From Candidatus Eiseniibacteriota bacterium (GTDB lineage Bacteria > Eisenbacteria > RBG-16-71-46), in assembly GCA_044223005.1 (NCBI GenBank), contig JBGAML010000017.1, positions 1 through 64,000 of the forward strand: a DNA stretch of 64,000 nucleotides, given 5' to 3'. The notes below the pieces were generated by a model. That model was not told the DNA's origin and made no database searches. It saw nothing but the letters and a program-made list of their open reading frames with translations. Within the stretch, counting starts at the first letter, position 1. Each line of letters starts with the position of its first letter. Shown in pieces: positions 47,264 through 57,665 of this stretch. Position numbers and translations under genes: made by a program.

Positions 47264-49734
47264 CGCGCCGCTCCCTGCGCCGCACGCGCCCGCTCCCACG
47301 CGGCGCGGGCGTCGCCGGCCCGCAGCAGCGCGAGCACGCGCGGCGGCGAGAACGGCAGCCGGTCGCAGCGGATCCCGAGCGCGTCGTGGATGGCGTTCGC
47401 GATCGCGGGCACGCTCGGGTGCAGCGGCCCCTCGCCCGCCTCCTTCGCGCCGTAGGGACCTTCGGGGTCGATCGATTCCACGATGCGCGAGTGCAGCGCC
47501 GGCGAATCGAGCGCGGTCGGCATGCGGTAGTCGAGCAGCGAGGGCCCGTGGTGCAGGCCGAACCCGTGGCCCGGCGCCGCCGGCTTGTAGACCTGCTCCT
47601 CGAACAGCGCCTCCGCGAAGCCCATCCAGGCGCTGCCCTCCATCTGCCCCTCGACCGTCACCGGGTTGAGCGCGCGGCCGCAGTCGTGCGCGACCCAGAT
47701 CGAGTTCACGCGCACGAACCCGGTCTCGGGATCGCAGTCCACCTCCGCGACGTGCGCGGTGAACGAGTACGTGGGCGAAGCGCCGATCGTGCCGCCTCGG
47801 TAGTCGCCGCCCAGCTTGGGCGACTGGTACCAGCCGGTCGAGCCCAGCGTGCCGTAGCGCGACTCGGCGAGCTGGAACGCCTCCTTCACGCTCATGGCGT
47901 GGCGCTGCGGATCGCTCGTCGCGCAGGCCACGCCGCGCGCCAGCACGATCTCGCCCTTCGGCACGCCCCAGTGCGCGGCGAGCGCCTCGGCAACCTGCTC
48001 GCGCAGGCGGCGCGCCGCGTCGAGGCAGGCATTGCCGACCATGAACGTCTCGCGGCTCGAGTACGAGCCCAGGTCCACCGGCGTCAGGTCGGTGTCCGCG
48101 GCGACCACGCGCACGTCGCGCAGGTCGAGCCCCAGCTCCTCGCAGGTGATCCACGCCAGTACGGAGTCCACACCCTGGCCGATGTCGCTGCAGCCGCAGA
48201 ACACCGTGGCGCGGCCGCTGCGGTCGAGCTTGAGCTGCACGCCCGCCTGCGGCATCTCGTTCGGGTAGATGCAGTAGTTGGTGCCGCTGATGTACGTGCT
48301 GCCCGCGACGCCGATGCCGCGGCCGTACGGCAGCCGGCGGAACTTCTCGCGCCAGCCGCTCGCACGCTCGACCTGCTCGAGGCACTCGCGGAAGCCGTTC
48401 GACGTGACGCGCATGCCGTTCACGGTCCGCGTGTCCGCGCCGAGCGCATTGCGGCGGCGCACCTCGATCGGATCCAGCCCCACGGCCTCGGCGAGCTTGT
48501 CCAGTTGGCACTCGAACGCGAACCGCGGCTGCACCGAGCCGTGCCCGCGCTTGGGCCCGCAGGCCGGCTTGTTCGTGAACACACGCGTCGAGTCGAACCG
48601 GTAGGCCGGGAACTCGTACGGTGCCGTGAGCAGCTGGCCCGAGTAGTACGTGGTCACGAGCCCGAACGAGCTGTACGCGCCGCCGTCCAGTTGCACGACC
48701 GCGTCCGTGCCCGTCAACTTGCCGTCGCGGTTCATGCCGGTGCGGTAGCGCAGGCGCATCGGGTGGCGCCCGCGGTGCGCGTAGAACACTTCCTCGCGCG
48801 TGTAGAGGATCTTCACCGGCCGCCCGGTCACCATGGCCAGCTTCGCCGCGCAGAACTCGAGCGAGAACGGTTCGCTCTTGCCCCCGAACGCGCCGCCCAC
48901 GACCGGCTGGATCACGCGGATCCGCTGCGTCGGCAACTCGAGCACCTTGGCGAGATCGCGATGCAGGTAGTGCGCGACCTGCGTGCTCGACCACACGGTG
49001 AGGAAGCCCGTCGCGTCGTACTCGGCGACGCAGCAGTGCGGCTCGATCGGCGCGTGCGTGGAGCCCTCGTACCAGTAGTCGCCCTCGATCACCACGTCGC
49101 TGTTGGCGAGCGCCGCGTCGACCGGGCCGAACTCGAGGCGCACCTGCTTGCTGATGTTGCCCTCGGCCGCCTTCTCGTTCACCTGCCACTCGGGGTGCGC
49201 CAGCGCCTCGTCGATGTCGGTCACCGCCGGCAGCGGCTCGTACTCGACGCGGATCGCGCGCAGCGCGTCTTCGGCCGTGCGCTCGTCGTCCGCGGCCACG
49301 GCCGCGATCGCATCGCCGACGTAGCGCGCCTTATCGGTGCACAACGCCTGCTCGTCCTGCGTCCACGGGATGATGCCGAAGTATTCCGGCATGTCCTTCC
49401 CCGTCACCACCGCGTGCACGCCGGGCATCGCCAGCGCCGCGCTCGCGTCGATCGCGCGGATGCGCGCGTGCGCGTGGAGCGAGCGCAGGAGCTTGGCGTG
49501 CAGCATGCGTGGCAGCACGAGGTCGTCGGCGTAGACCGCGCGGCCCGTGACCTTCGCGAGCCCCTCGACCTTGCGGTTGCGCTGCCCCACCACGTGGAAC
49601 GCGTCGCCGTTGGGCGGGCCCGTGCGGCCGCGCTCCCACGCGGGCGGCACCAGGCGCTGCTCGCTCGGCATGCTGCGGCCGGTCGGGACCTGCATGCCCG
49701 CCGGACGGGCCGCCTTGTCGCGCGGCTCGCTCAC
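47257..49734 (-). CDS. hcrA: Xanthine-oxidase-family molybdopterin subunit (4-hydroxybenzoyl-CoA reductase alpha-like)
   Basis: KVTGRAVYADDL, GGAFGGK, HRGRHP, ACGPKRGHG, DIGQG, DLGSYSSRET, GAKEAGEG. Confidence 0.78.
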   Translation of the reverse strand: MSEPRDKAARPAGMQVPTGRSMPSEQRLVPPAWERGRTGPPNGDAFHVVGQRNRKVEGLAKVTGRAVYADDLVLPRMLHAKLLRSLHAHARIRAIDASAALAMPGVHAVVTGKDMPEYFGIIPWTQDEQALCTDKARYVGDAIAAVAADDERTAEDALRAIRVEYEPLPAVTDIDEALAHPEWQVNEKAAEGNISKQVRLEFGPVDAALANSDVVIEGDYWYEGSTHAPIEPHCCVAEYDATGFLTVWSSTQVAHYLHRDLAKVLELPTQRIRVIQPVVGGAFGGKSEPFSLEFCAAKLAMVTGRPVKILYTREEVFYAHRGRHPMRLRYRTGMNRDGKLTGTDAVVQLDGGAYSSFGLVTTYYSGQLLTAPYEFPAYRFDSTRVFTNKPACGPKRGHGSVQPRFAFECQLDKLAEAVGLDPIEVRRRNALGADTRTVNGMRVTSNGFRECLEQVERASGWREKFRRLPYGRGIGVAGSTYISGTNYCIYPNEMPQAGVQLKLDRSGRATVFCGCSDIGQGVDSVLAWITCEELGLDLRDVRVVAADTDLTPVDLGSYSSRETFMVGNACLDAARRLREQVAEALAAHWGVPKGEIVLARGVACATSDPQRHAMSVKEAFQLAESRYGTLGSTGWYQSPKLGGDYRGGTIGASPTYSFTAHVAEVDCDPETGFVRVNSIWVAHDCGRALNPVTVEGQMEGSAWMGFAEALFEEQVYKPAAPGHGFGLHHGPSLLDYRMPTALDSPALHSRIVESIDPEGPYGAKEAGEGPLHPSVPAIANAIHDALGIRCDRLPFSPPRVLALLRAGDARAAWERARAAQGAARC

Positions 49735-50219
49735 GCGCCGCCCCGCCGCTCGCGCGCCGCGAGCTCCACGGCATCGAGGATCTTCTCGTAGCCCGTGCAC
49801 CGGCACAGGTTGCCCGAGAGCGCGTGCGCGATCTCGGCGCGCGTCGGGGACGGCGTGCGTTCGAGCAGCGCGACGGCGCTCATGAGCATGCCCGGCGTGC
49901 AGAAGCCGCACTGCGCGCCGCCCGTGCGATCGAAGGCGTCCTGCAGCGGATGCGGGCGGCCCGGGGACGCGAGCCCCTCCACGGTCGTCACCGCCCGGCC
50001 GGCACACGCCAGCGCCAGCGTGAGGCACGCGAGCACCGGCTGGCCGTCGAGCAGCACCGTGCAGGCGCCGCAGTCTCCCTTGTCGCAGCCCTGCTTGCTG
50101 CCCGTGAGCCCGAGGCGATAGCGCAGCAGCTCGAGCAGCGTCGTGGCGGGCTCGACCGCACACTCGCGGGCGTCGCCGTTCACGGTGAGCCTGCAGGGCA
50201 CCGTCGACGTGTCGTCCAA
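49731..50219 (-). CDS. hcrC: Xanthine-oxidase-family 2x[2Fe-2S] subunit
   Basis: GSKQGCDKGDCGACTV, QCGFCTPG, GNLCRCTGY; TTG start after a GGAGGGAG RBS. Confidence 0.8.
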   Translation of the reverse strand: MDDTSTVPCRLTVNGDARECAVEPATTLLELLRYRLGLTGSKQGCDKGDCGACTVLLDGQPVLACLTLALACAGRAVTTVEGLASPGRPHPLQDAFDRTGGAQCGFCTPGMLMSAVALLERTPSPTRAEIAHALSGNLCRCTGYEKILDAVELAARERRGGA

Positions 50220-50366
50220 GCACTCCCTCCGGGGGCAACGCGTTGCGTGCGGCGCCAGGGGCGGATTGAAGCCCGGGACCGCGCGGGTGTCAACGCCGCG
50301 ACGGGCGCGGCCCGAGCGGCCCCGCGCCGTCTTGCCGCCCATCGGGAGGGCGTGCATCATGCCGGC

Positions 50367-51617
50367 ATGAACGAGTCCCCGAGCCTGACGACGCCCCTCT
50401 GGTGGGCGAATCCCACGCCGGCCTTCCCGGCGCTGCAGAACGACTCCGACGCCGAGGTCATCATCGTGGGCGGCGGCATCACCGGCATCACGCTCGCCTG
50501 GACGCTCGCCGAGCAGGGCTCGGCCGTGGTCGTGCTCGACGCCGGCAACATCGCGGGCGAGGCCAGCGGGCGCAACGCGGGCTTCCTGCTCGCCGCGCCG
50601 GCCGAGCCCTACGCCGAGCGGATCGCCATCTGGGGCCGCGAAGGCGCGCGCGCCGTGCTGCAGATCGGCCGCCGCTCGCACCAGCGGATCCGCCAGCTCG
50701 TCCAGAACCTGCCGATCGACTGCGACTACCGCCAGGCCGGATCGCTGCGGCTGACGCGCACGGCCGAGGAGAGCGAAGACCTGCGCAGCTCGCTGCTCGA
50801 GCTGCGTCACGACGGCTTCCCGATGCGCGAGATCCCGGTGACCGAGGCGGTCCCCGCGCACGCCGCCGATTCGTTCGACGCCGCGTTCGAGGTGCCCGAG
50901 GATGGCGAGCTGCACCCGGTGCGGTTCCTGCACGGGCTCGCGCAGGACGCGATCCGCAAGGGCGCTCGCATCCACGCGAACTCCGCGGTGCAGGCCGCGC
51001 GCTGGCAGGGCGGGCTGTGGGAAGTGCAATGCAACCACCGCGCCGTACGCGCGCGCACGCTCGTGCTCGCGACCAACGCATTCACGCCGCGGCTGCTGCC
51101 CAATCTCGGCGCGCTGATCGTGCCGCGGCGCGGCCAGATGCTCGCCACCGAACCGCTCGGCGAGTCGATCGTGAAGCTGCCGACCTACGCGCACTGGGGC
51201 TACCACTACTGGCGGCAGACGCCCGACACGCGACTCGTGATCGGCGGCTGGCGGGAACTGGACTTCGAGTCGGAGAGCACGTCGGAGAACGTCACCTCGC
51301 CCGCGATCCAGCAGGCGATCGAGGGCGGGCTCGCGACGCTGGTCGGCCGCAGCGTGAAGGTGGAACACCGCTGGGCGGGCATCATGGGCTTCGCGCGTGA
51401 CGGCCGGCCGCTCGTCGGCTGGCTGGACCCCTCGCACCACCTCGCCATCTGCGCCGGCTTCACCGGCCACGGCATGGGGCTCGCCGCCGCGTGCACGCAG
51501 GACCTCGCCGAACTCCTGGCGTGGAAGCGCGCCGCCGGCATCAGCACGTTCGATCCGCTGCGATTCCCCGAGCTGCGCCAGTCGCGCGAGGGCATCGTGG
51601 CGCTCGGCGTGCACTGA
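50367..51617 (+). CDS. FAD-dependent oxidoreductase, DAO/PuuB-like
   Basis: IIVGGGITG, ASGRNAGF, LHPVRF, LATNAF, RWAGIMGFARDGRPLVG, GFTGHGMG. Confidence 0.88.
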   Translation: MNESPSLTTPLWWANPTPAFPALQNDSDAEVIIVGGGITGITLAWTLAEQGSAVVVLDAGNIAGEASGRNAGFLLAAPAEPYAERIAIWGREGARAVLQIGRRSHQRIRQLVQNLPIDCDYRQAGSLRLTRTAEESEDLRSSLLELRHDGFPMREIPVTEAVPAHAADSFDAAFEVPEDGELHPVRFLHGLAQDAIRKGARIHANSAVQAARWQGGLWEVQCNHRAVRARTLVLATNAFTPRLLPNLGALIVPRRGQMLATEPLGESIVKLPTYAHWGYHYWRQTPDTRLVIGGWRELDFESESTSENVTSPAIQQAIEGGLATLVGRSVKVEHRWAGIMGFARDGRPLVGWLDPSHHLAICAGFTGHGMGLAAACTQDLAELLAWKRAAGISTFDPLRFPELRQSREGIVALGVH

Positions 51618-51638
51618 CGCTCGGCCGCAGCGTTCGGT

Positions 51639-52409
51639 TCAGGCGAGGCCGTGCCGCTCGAGCGTCGCCGCGTCGGAAAGCAGCGAGCGCGTCGGGCGGT
51701 CGGCCACGATCGCGCCGCCATCGAGCACGATCGACCGCGGGCAGAGCCGCTCCGCGAACGCGAGATCGTGCGTGGCGACGACCATCGTCGCGGGCAGGCC
51801 CGCGAGCAATGCGGCCAGCTCGCGGCGGCCGCGCGGATCGAGATCGCTGGTCGGCTCGTCGAGCAGCAGCAGGCCCGGCTCGCAGGCGAGCACTCCCGCG
51901 AGGCACGCGCGGCGCTTCTCGCCGGCCGACAGGTGGTGTGGCGCGCGCGCCTCGTAGCCTTCGAGTCGCACGGCGGCGAGCGCGCGGCGCACCGAGTCGT
52001 CGACGCGATCGGGGCTCCAGCCCCGGGCTCGCGGCCCGAAGCCGACGTCCTCCTCCACGGTGAGGGAGAACAGCTGGTCGTCCGGGTCGCTGAACACGAT
52101 GCCGACGCGCTCGCGCACCGCACGCGGCCGGAGCGGATCCACGAGCTCGCCATCGACGTGGATCGAGCCGGGCACGCCGTGCCCGTGCGCCGCGTCCCGG
52201 TGCCCGTGCTCGTGCACGTAGCGGTGGCGCTCGGGCAGCAGGCCCGCGAGGTGAAGCAGCAGTGTCGACTTGCCCGCGCCGTTGGGCCCGAGGAGCGCCA
52301 CGCGCTCACCCGGGAGAATCGTGAGGTCGAGAGCGCGCAGCGCCGGCGTGCCGTCCGGATAGTGGTAGGCCCGGCCGCGGACCTCGATCGCCACCGGCCT
52401 GGCACTCAC
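51639..52409 (-). CDS. cbiO: ECF transporter ATPase (CbiO/NikO)
   Basis: GPNGAGKST, DPDDQLF..TVEEDVGFGP, HLSAGEKRR, LLDEPT. Confidence 0.88.
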   Translation of the reverse strand: MSARPVAIEVRGRAYHYPDGTPALRALDLTILPGERVALLGPNGAGKSTLLLHLAGLLPERHRYVHEHGHRDAAHGHGVPGSIHVDGELVDPLRPRAVRERVGIVFSDPDDQLFSLTVEEDVGFGPRARGWSPDRVDDSVRRALAAVRLEGYEARAPHHLSAGEKRRACLAGVLACEPGLLLLDEPTSDLDPRGRRELAALLAGLPATMVVATHDLAFAERLCPRSIVLDGGAIVADRPTRSLLSDAATLERHGLA

Positions 52410-53041
52410 GCGTCGATCCCCCGGGCGCGGCGCGCTCGGTCCAGCGACTCGGCACGCTCGAGCGAGCGCAGCAGCAGCGCCGCCACGAGCCGCCCGTAAC
52501 CGCGCACGGTCTCGCGCGGCGCACGCACGAGCGGCGCCCACGCGCCGCCGCCGGCGCGGCGCGCGGCGCGAGCGCGCAGCATGGCGCGGACCTGGCGTGC
52601 GACGTGGTCGAGACTCGCCAGCGCGGACGCGCTCACGTCCCGGAAACGCGCCGGTACTCCCAGCCGCGCCATCGCCGCGAGCAGGCCGCGCGCGCCGAGC
52701 CACTCCGCCGTGGCGGCGGCGACGGCCGTCGCCGCCAGCGCACGCGCCACCAGTGCGGCGAGCAGCATTCCGGCGCGGTCCCGCGGCGCGAACCACGCCG
52801 CGGGCAGGGCCAGCAGCGTCACGAACGGCAGGAGCCAGGCGATGCGTGCGAGCGCGGGGACGGGCCGTACACCGCTGCGCGCGAACACCAGCAGGGCGAG
52901 CAGCAGCAGCAGCGCCCACAGCACCCAGGACGACACCGGAATGTCCCCGCCCCGCAGTCCCGCGGGCGCAAGCGCCGCCGCGAACACGGCCGCGGCGCCC
53001 ACGAGCAGCGCGAACGCCGCGCGCTCAGGAGTGCGGGACAT
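52406..53041 (-). CDS. cbiQ: ECF transporter transmembrane T component (CbiQ/NikQ)
   Basis: TM helices; LLAAMARLGVP, MLRARAAR, LLRSLERAE..RARG; located between cbiM and cbiO. Confidence 0.8.
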   Translation of the reverse strand: MSRTPERAAFALLVGAAAVFAAALAPAGLRGGDIPVSSWVLWALLLLLALLVFARSGVRPVPALARIAWLLPFVTLLALPAAWFAPRDRAGMLLAALVARALAATAVAAATAEWLGARGLLAAMARLGVPARFRDVSASALASLDHVARQVRAMLRARAARRAGGGAWAPLVRAPRETVRGYGRLVAALLLRSLERAESLDRARRARGIDA

Positions 53042-53966
53042 GCTCCCCTCGCGAGAGCCCGCGCGCGGCGAGCCACGCGACGAGTGCGGCGGCGCCAGTG
53101 CCCGCGATGCCCGCGGCGAGCGGCGCCCATCGCCCCAGAAGGGCGCGAACCCGCTCGAGGTCTTCGATGGGCCCCTGCACGACAGGACGTTCGTGACCGG
53201 CGAACCCGAGAACGTTCGCGGTGTGCTCGAGTCCGTCCGGCAGGCGGCTGGCGAATGGCGCAAGGAACGCCGCGACCACCAGTGCCACACCGAACACGCC
53301 GGCGGCGAACACCACCGGACTCGCCGCGGGACGGCCGCCCGCCGCCTGAACGAGGTCGGGACGCCAGCGCAGGATCGTCGCGAGCACGGCGCCCGTCAGC
53401 GCGCCCTCGAGCACCCCGATCGCCGCGTGCGTCACGAGCATGAGCGGCAGGATGCCGGACAGCGGGTAGAGCCCCGAAGCCGACAGCCAGATCGCCACCA
53501 TCACGGCGCCGCAGACGGTCGCCACGAAGGCACCCACCACCGAGCCCGCGACGATGCCCCGGTGCCCGCGGACGGCGCGCGCGATCGCGCCCGCCACGGC
53601 TGCGCCCACGAGCGCGCCAGCGACTCCCATGTCGAGCAGGTTGGCCCCGAAAGCCGTGAGGCCACCGTCCTGCATGAGCAGCGCCTGCAACGCCAGCACC
53701 ACGCCCATCACGATCGTCGCGCGCGCCGGCCCCACGACCAGGGCCACGAGCGTCGCGCCCACGAGGTGGCCGCTGGTCCCCGGGGCCACGGGCACGTTCA
53801 CCATCTGGGCCGCGAAGACGAAGGCCGCCAGCGCCCCGAGCACGCCTGCGCTGGCGCGCTCGCGGTCGCCGCGTTCCGCCCGCAGCGCGGCCGCCAGCGC
53901 ACCGCCTCCGGCCAGCCACGTCGCACCGGCGACCGGAACGCTCAGGAATCCATCGGGGATGTGCAT
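53025..53966 (-). CDS. nikMN: Ni/Co ECF substrate component, NikMN-type fusion (CbiM + PDGLE domain)
   Basis: N-terminal MHIPDGFL, FAAQMVN..GTSGHL, DGGLTAFGAN, ASRLPDGLE. Confidence 0.85.
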   Translation of the reverse strand: MHIPDGFLSVPVAGATWLAGGGALAAALRAERGDRERASAGVLGALAAFVFAAQMVNVPVAPGTSGHLVGATLVALVVGPARATIVMGVVLALQALLMQDGGLTAFGANLLDMGVAGALVGAAVAGAIARAVRGHRGIVAGSVVGAFVATVCGAVMVAIWLSASGLYPLSGILPLMLVTHAAIGVLEGALTGAVLATILRWRPDLVQAAGGRPAASPVVFAAGVFGVALVVAAFLAPFASRLPDGLEHTANVLGFAGHERPVVQGPIEDLERVRALLGRWAPLAAGIAGTGAAALVAWLAARGLSRGEHVPHS

Positions 53967-54040
53967 GGCCTCCGTCCAGGGCGAGAAGACGTTCGCAGGC
54001 GGCAGCATAGCAGGCTGCGCATCCTCGGCGGGCCGCCGGC

Positions 54041-54087
54041 TTGACGCACCGGCGAGGACGGTTCTATTGTGAACGTACGTTCACAAT
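54041..54087 (+). promoter_or_regulatory. Sigma70-like promoter overlapped by a perfect 22-bp palindromic operator (probable TetR site)
   Basis: TTGACG (54041) - 18 bp - TATTGT; ATTGTGAACGTACGTTCACAAT at 54066-54087 is a perfect palindrome. Confidence 0.82.
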
Positions 54088-54111
54088 GCAGCCGACACCC
54101 CGGATGCGACG

Positions 54112-54765
54112 ATGCCCCGACCCAAGATCGAGACCGCGATCCGCCGCGAACAGATCGCCGAGGCCACGCTGGCGCTCGTGGCCGAGGGCGGCTTCAAGCG
54201 GCTCGGGGTCGCCGCGGTGGCGCGCCGCGTCGGGATCTCGCCCGCCGCGCTCTACCGCCACTACCCCGGCAAGGACGCCATCCTCGACGCCGTGCTCGAG
54301 CGCATGCGCGACCGGATGCGGGGCATCGTCGCCCGCGCGGCGGCCGGCCCGGGCGACGCGGTGGCCGCGCTGCGCCGGCTGCACGCGCTGCACATGGCGC
54401 TCGTGCGGCAGGACCGCGACTTCTTCCCCACGCTGATCTCCAGTTCCTTCCAGGACGGCGGCCCCGAGCGCGGCATGCGCGTGTACGACTTCGTCTCGGC
54501 CTACCTCGACGAGGTCGGCGCGGTCGTCCGCCGCGGACAGAAGGAAGGCTCGATCCGCGGCGACGTCGCGCCGCGCACCGTCGCGCTGATGTTCTTCGGC
54601 GCCGTCCAGCCCTCCGCGATGCTGTGGGTGTTCAGCCGCGGCGCGCACGACACCCGCCGCCATGCCCGCGAGGCGTGGACGCTCTTCGAACAGACCCTTC
54701 GCCCGGCCGCGACGGCGCGCCCGCGCGCATCGGCCACCGCACGCCGAACCCGGAGAACCGCATGA
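54112..54765 (+). CDS. TetR/AcrR-family regulator
   Basis: RREQIAEA..VARRVGISPAALYRHYPGKDAIL. Confidence 0.93.
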   Translation: MPRPKIETAIRREQIAEATLALVAEGGFKRLGVAAVARRVGISPAALYRHYPGKDAILDAVLERMRDRMRGIVARAAAGPGDAVAALRRLHALHMALVRQDRDFFPTLISSSFQDGGPERGMRVYDFVSAYLDEVGAVVRRGQKEGSIRGDVAPRTVALMFFGAVQPSAMLWVFSRGAHDTRRHAREAWTLFEQTLRPAATARPRASATARRTRRTA

Positions 54766-55757
54766 AGCCCAACCCGCGCATCGTCGTCCCGGTCCTGGCC
54801 ATCGCCACGATCGCGATCGTGACCACCGTGGTGATCCGCGGCCGCGCCGACCGCGACCATCTCGCGGCGTCGGGCACGCTCGAGGCCACCGAGGCCCAGC
54901 TGGGTTTCCTCGTCCCCGGCCGGCTCACGTCCGTCTCCGCCCACGAGGGCGACACCGTCGCCACGGGCGCAATGCTCGGCACGCTCGACACGCTCGAGGC
55001 GGCCGCGCGCACGCGGCAGGCCGCCGCGCAGCGCGACGCCGCCGCCGCGCTGCTGCTCGAGATGCAGCGCGGCGCCCGTCCCGAGGAACTGCAGCAGGCC
55101 CGGGCGGCGCGCGCCGCGGCCCAGCAGCGTCTCACCGACGCGCAACAGGATTTCGACCGCGCCGAGCCGCTCATCCGGCGCCAGGTGATCAGCCAGCAGT
55201 CCTACGACAAGTCGAAGACCGCGCTCGACGTGGCGAAGAGCCAGTTCCAGCAGGCCGACGACGCGTACCGGCTCGTGGAGAAGGGCCCGCGCACCGAACG
55301 CATCGCCGCGCAGCGCGCGCAGGTCGCCACCGCCGAGGCCGCGCTCGCGGCGGCGCAGGTCCAGCTCGCCAACATGACGATCCGTGCGCCCTTCCCCGGC
55401 GTCGTCACCGTCCGGCACCACGAGCCCGGCGAGATCGTCGCGGCCGGCTCGCCCGTCGTGTCGCTCATGAACCGCGACGACCGCTGGGTGAAGATCTACG
55501 TGAGCGAGGCGCGCATCGCCGCGGTGCGCACGGGACAGCACGCGCGCATCACCTGCGACACGTTCCGCGACCGGCACTACGACGGCACCGTGACCTACGT
55601 GAGCAGCACCGCCGAGTTCACGCCCAAGAACGTGCAGACGACCGAGGACCGCGTGCGGCTCGTGTACGCGGTGAAGGTCCGCGTGAGCGGCGACGCGAAC
55701 TTCGACCTCAAGCCGGGCATGCCGGCGGACGTCGTGCTGGACACGGCCACGCGATGA
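54762..55757 (+). CDS. HlyD-family membrane fusion protein (YbhG-like)
   Basis: N-terminal TM, ASGTLEATE, GARPEE, IRAPFPG, AEFTPKNVQT..R..LVY, LKPGMPADV. Confidence 0.92.
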   Translation: MKPNPRIVVPVLAIATIAIVTTVVIRGRADRDHLAASGTLEATEAQLGFLVPGRLTSVSAHEGDTVATGAMLGTLDTLEAAARTRQAAAQRDAAAALLLEMQRGARPEELQQARAARAAAQQRLTDAQQDFDRAEPLIRRQVISQQSYDKSKTALDVAKSQFQQADDAYRLVEKGPRTERIAAQRAQVATAEAALAAAQVQLANMTIRAPFPGVVTVRHHEPGEIVAAGSPVVSLMNRDDRWVKIYVSEARIAAVRTGQHARITCDTFRDRHYDGTVTYVSSTAEFTPKNVQTTEDRVRLVYAVKVRVSGDANFDLKPGMPADVVLDTATR

Positions 55758-56682
55758 GCGCTGCCGCGCCGCTGGTCCGGCTCGAGGGCCTCACCCGCCG
55801 CTTCGGCGAGCTCGTCGCGGTCGACGCGCTCGCGTTCGAAGTCGCGCGCGGCGAGCTCTTCGGGCTCGTGGGGCCCGACGGCGCCGGCAAGACGACCACG
55901 CTGCGCATGCTCGCCGGCGTGCTGCGGCCCAGCGCCGGCGACGCCACGATCGCGGGCACGTCGGTCGTGCGCGACCCGGAAGCCGTGAAGCACTCGATCG
56001 CGTACATGTCGCAGCGTTTCGGTCTCTACACCGACCTCACGGTCGCCGAGAACATCGCGTTCTACGCCGACCTCTACCGGGTCCCGCGCGCGGCCCGCGC
56101 GGCCCGCATGGACCGGCTGTACGCGTTCTCCGCGCTCGGACCGTTCCGGGAAAGGCTCGCGGGGCAGCTCTCGGGCGGCATGAAGCAGAAGCTGGCGCTC
56201 TCCTGCTGCCTGGTCCACGAACCCGAACTGCTGCTGCTCGACGAGCCCACGTTCGGCGTCGACCCGATCTCGCGCCGCGATTTGTGGCTGATCGTGCACG
56301 AGATGGTCGCGCACGGCACCACCGTGATCGTGAGTACCGCGTACCTCGACGAGGCCGAGCGCTTCGACCGGCTGGCGCTGCTGGACCGCGGGCGGACGCT
56401 GGCGATCGACACCGCGGAGCGACTCCAGCACGGCATGCCGCGGGCGATCCTCGGCGTCACCGTCGCGGACGTGCGCGCGGCGCGCGCGGTGGCCGAGGCC
56501 GTGCCGGGCGTGACGCGCGCGGCGATCTTCGGCGACCGGTTGCACCTGACCGTGGACGACGAGGCCGCGACCGGCGCGCGGGTCACCGCGGCGCTGGCCG
56601 CCGCCGGGTTCGCACCCGGCGACGTGCGGCGGATCGTGCCTTCGCTCGAGGACGTGTTCATCGAGCGCATCGCGGAGGCGCG

Positions 56683-56686
<4 letters not shown>
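55754..56686 (+). CDS. ABC transporter ATP-binding protein (YbhF N-half-like)
   Basis: GPDGAGKTT, LSGGMKQKL, LLDEPTFGVDPISRR. Confidence 0.93.
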
Positions 56687-57663
<977 letters not shown>

Positions 57664-57665
57664 GC

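Noticed and set aside
47257..49734. Aerobic CO dehydrogenase (CoxL) assignment
   Set aside because: Lacks the AYxCSFR or AYxGAGR active-site loop; has PKRGHG and a FAD subunit with an FeS insert.
39081..51614. Apparent long or fusion proteins in the ORF track (39081-40568, 40859-42853, 44674-46413, 46271-49189, 47257-50238, 49731-51614)
   Set aside because: The N-terminal extensions are out-of-frame overlaps of neighbouring genes; real starts coincide with stop/start overlaps or RBS sites.
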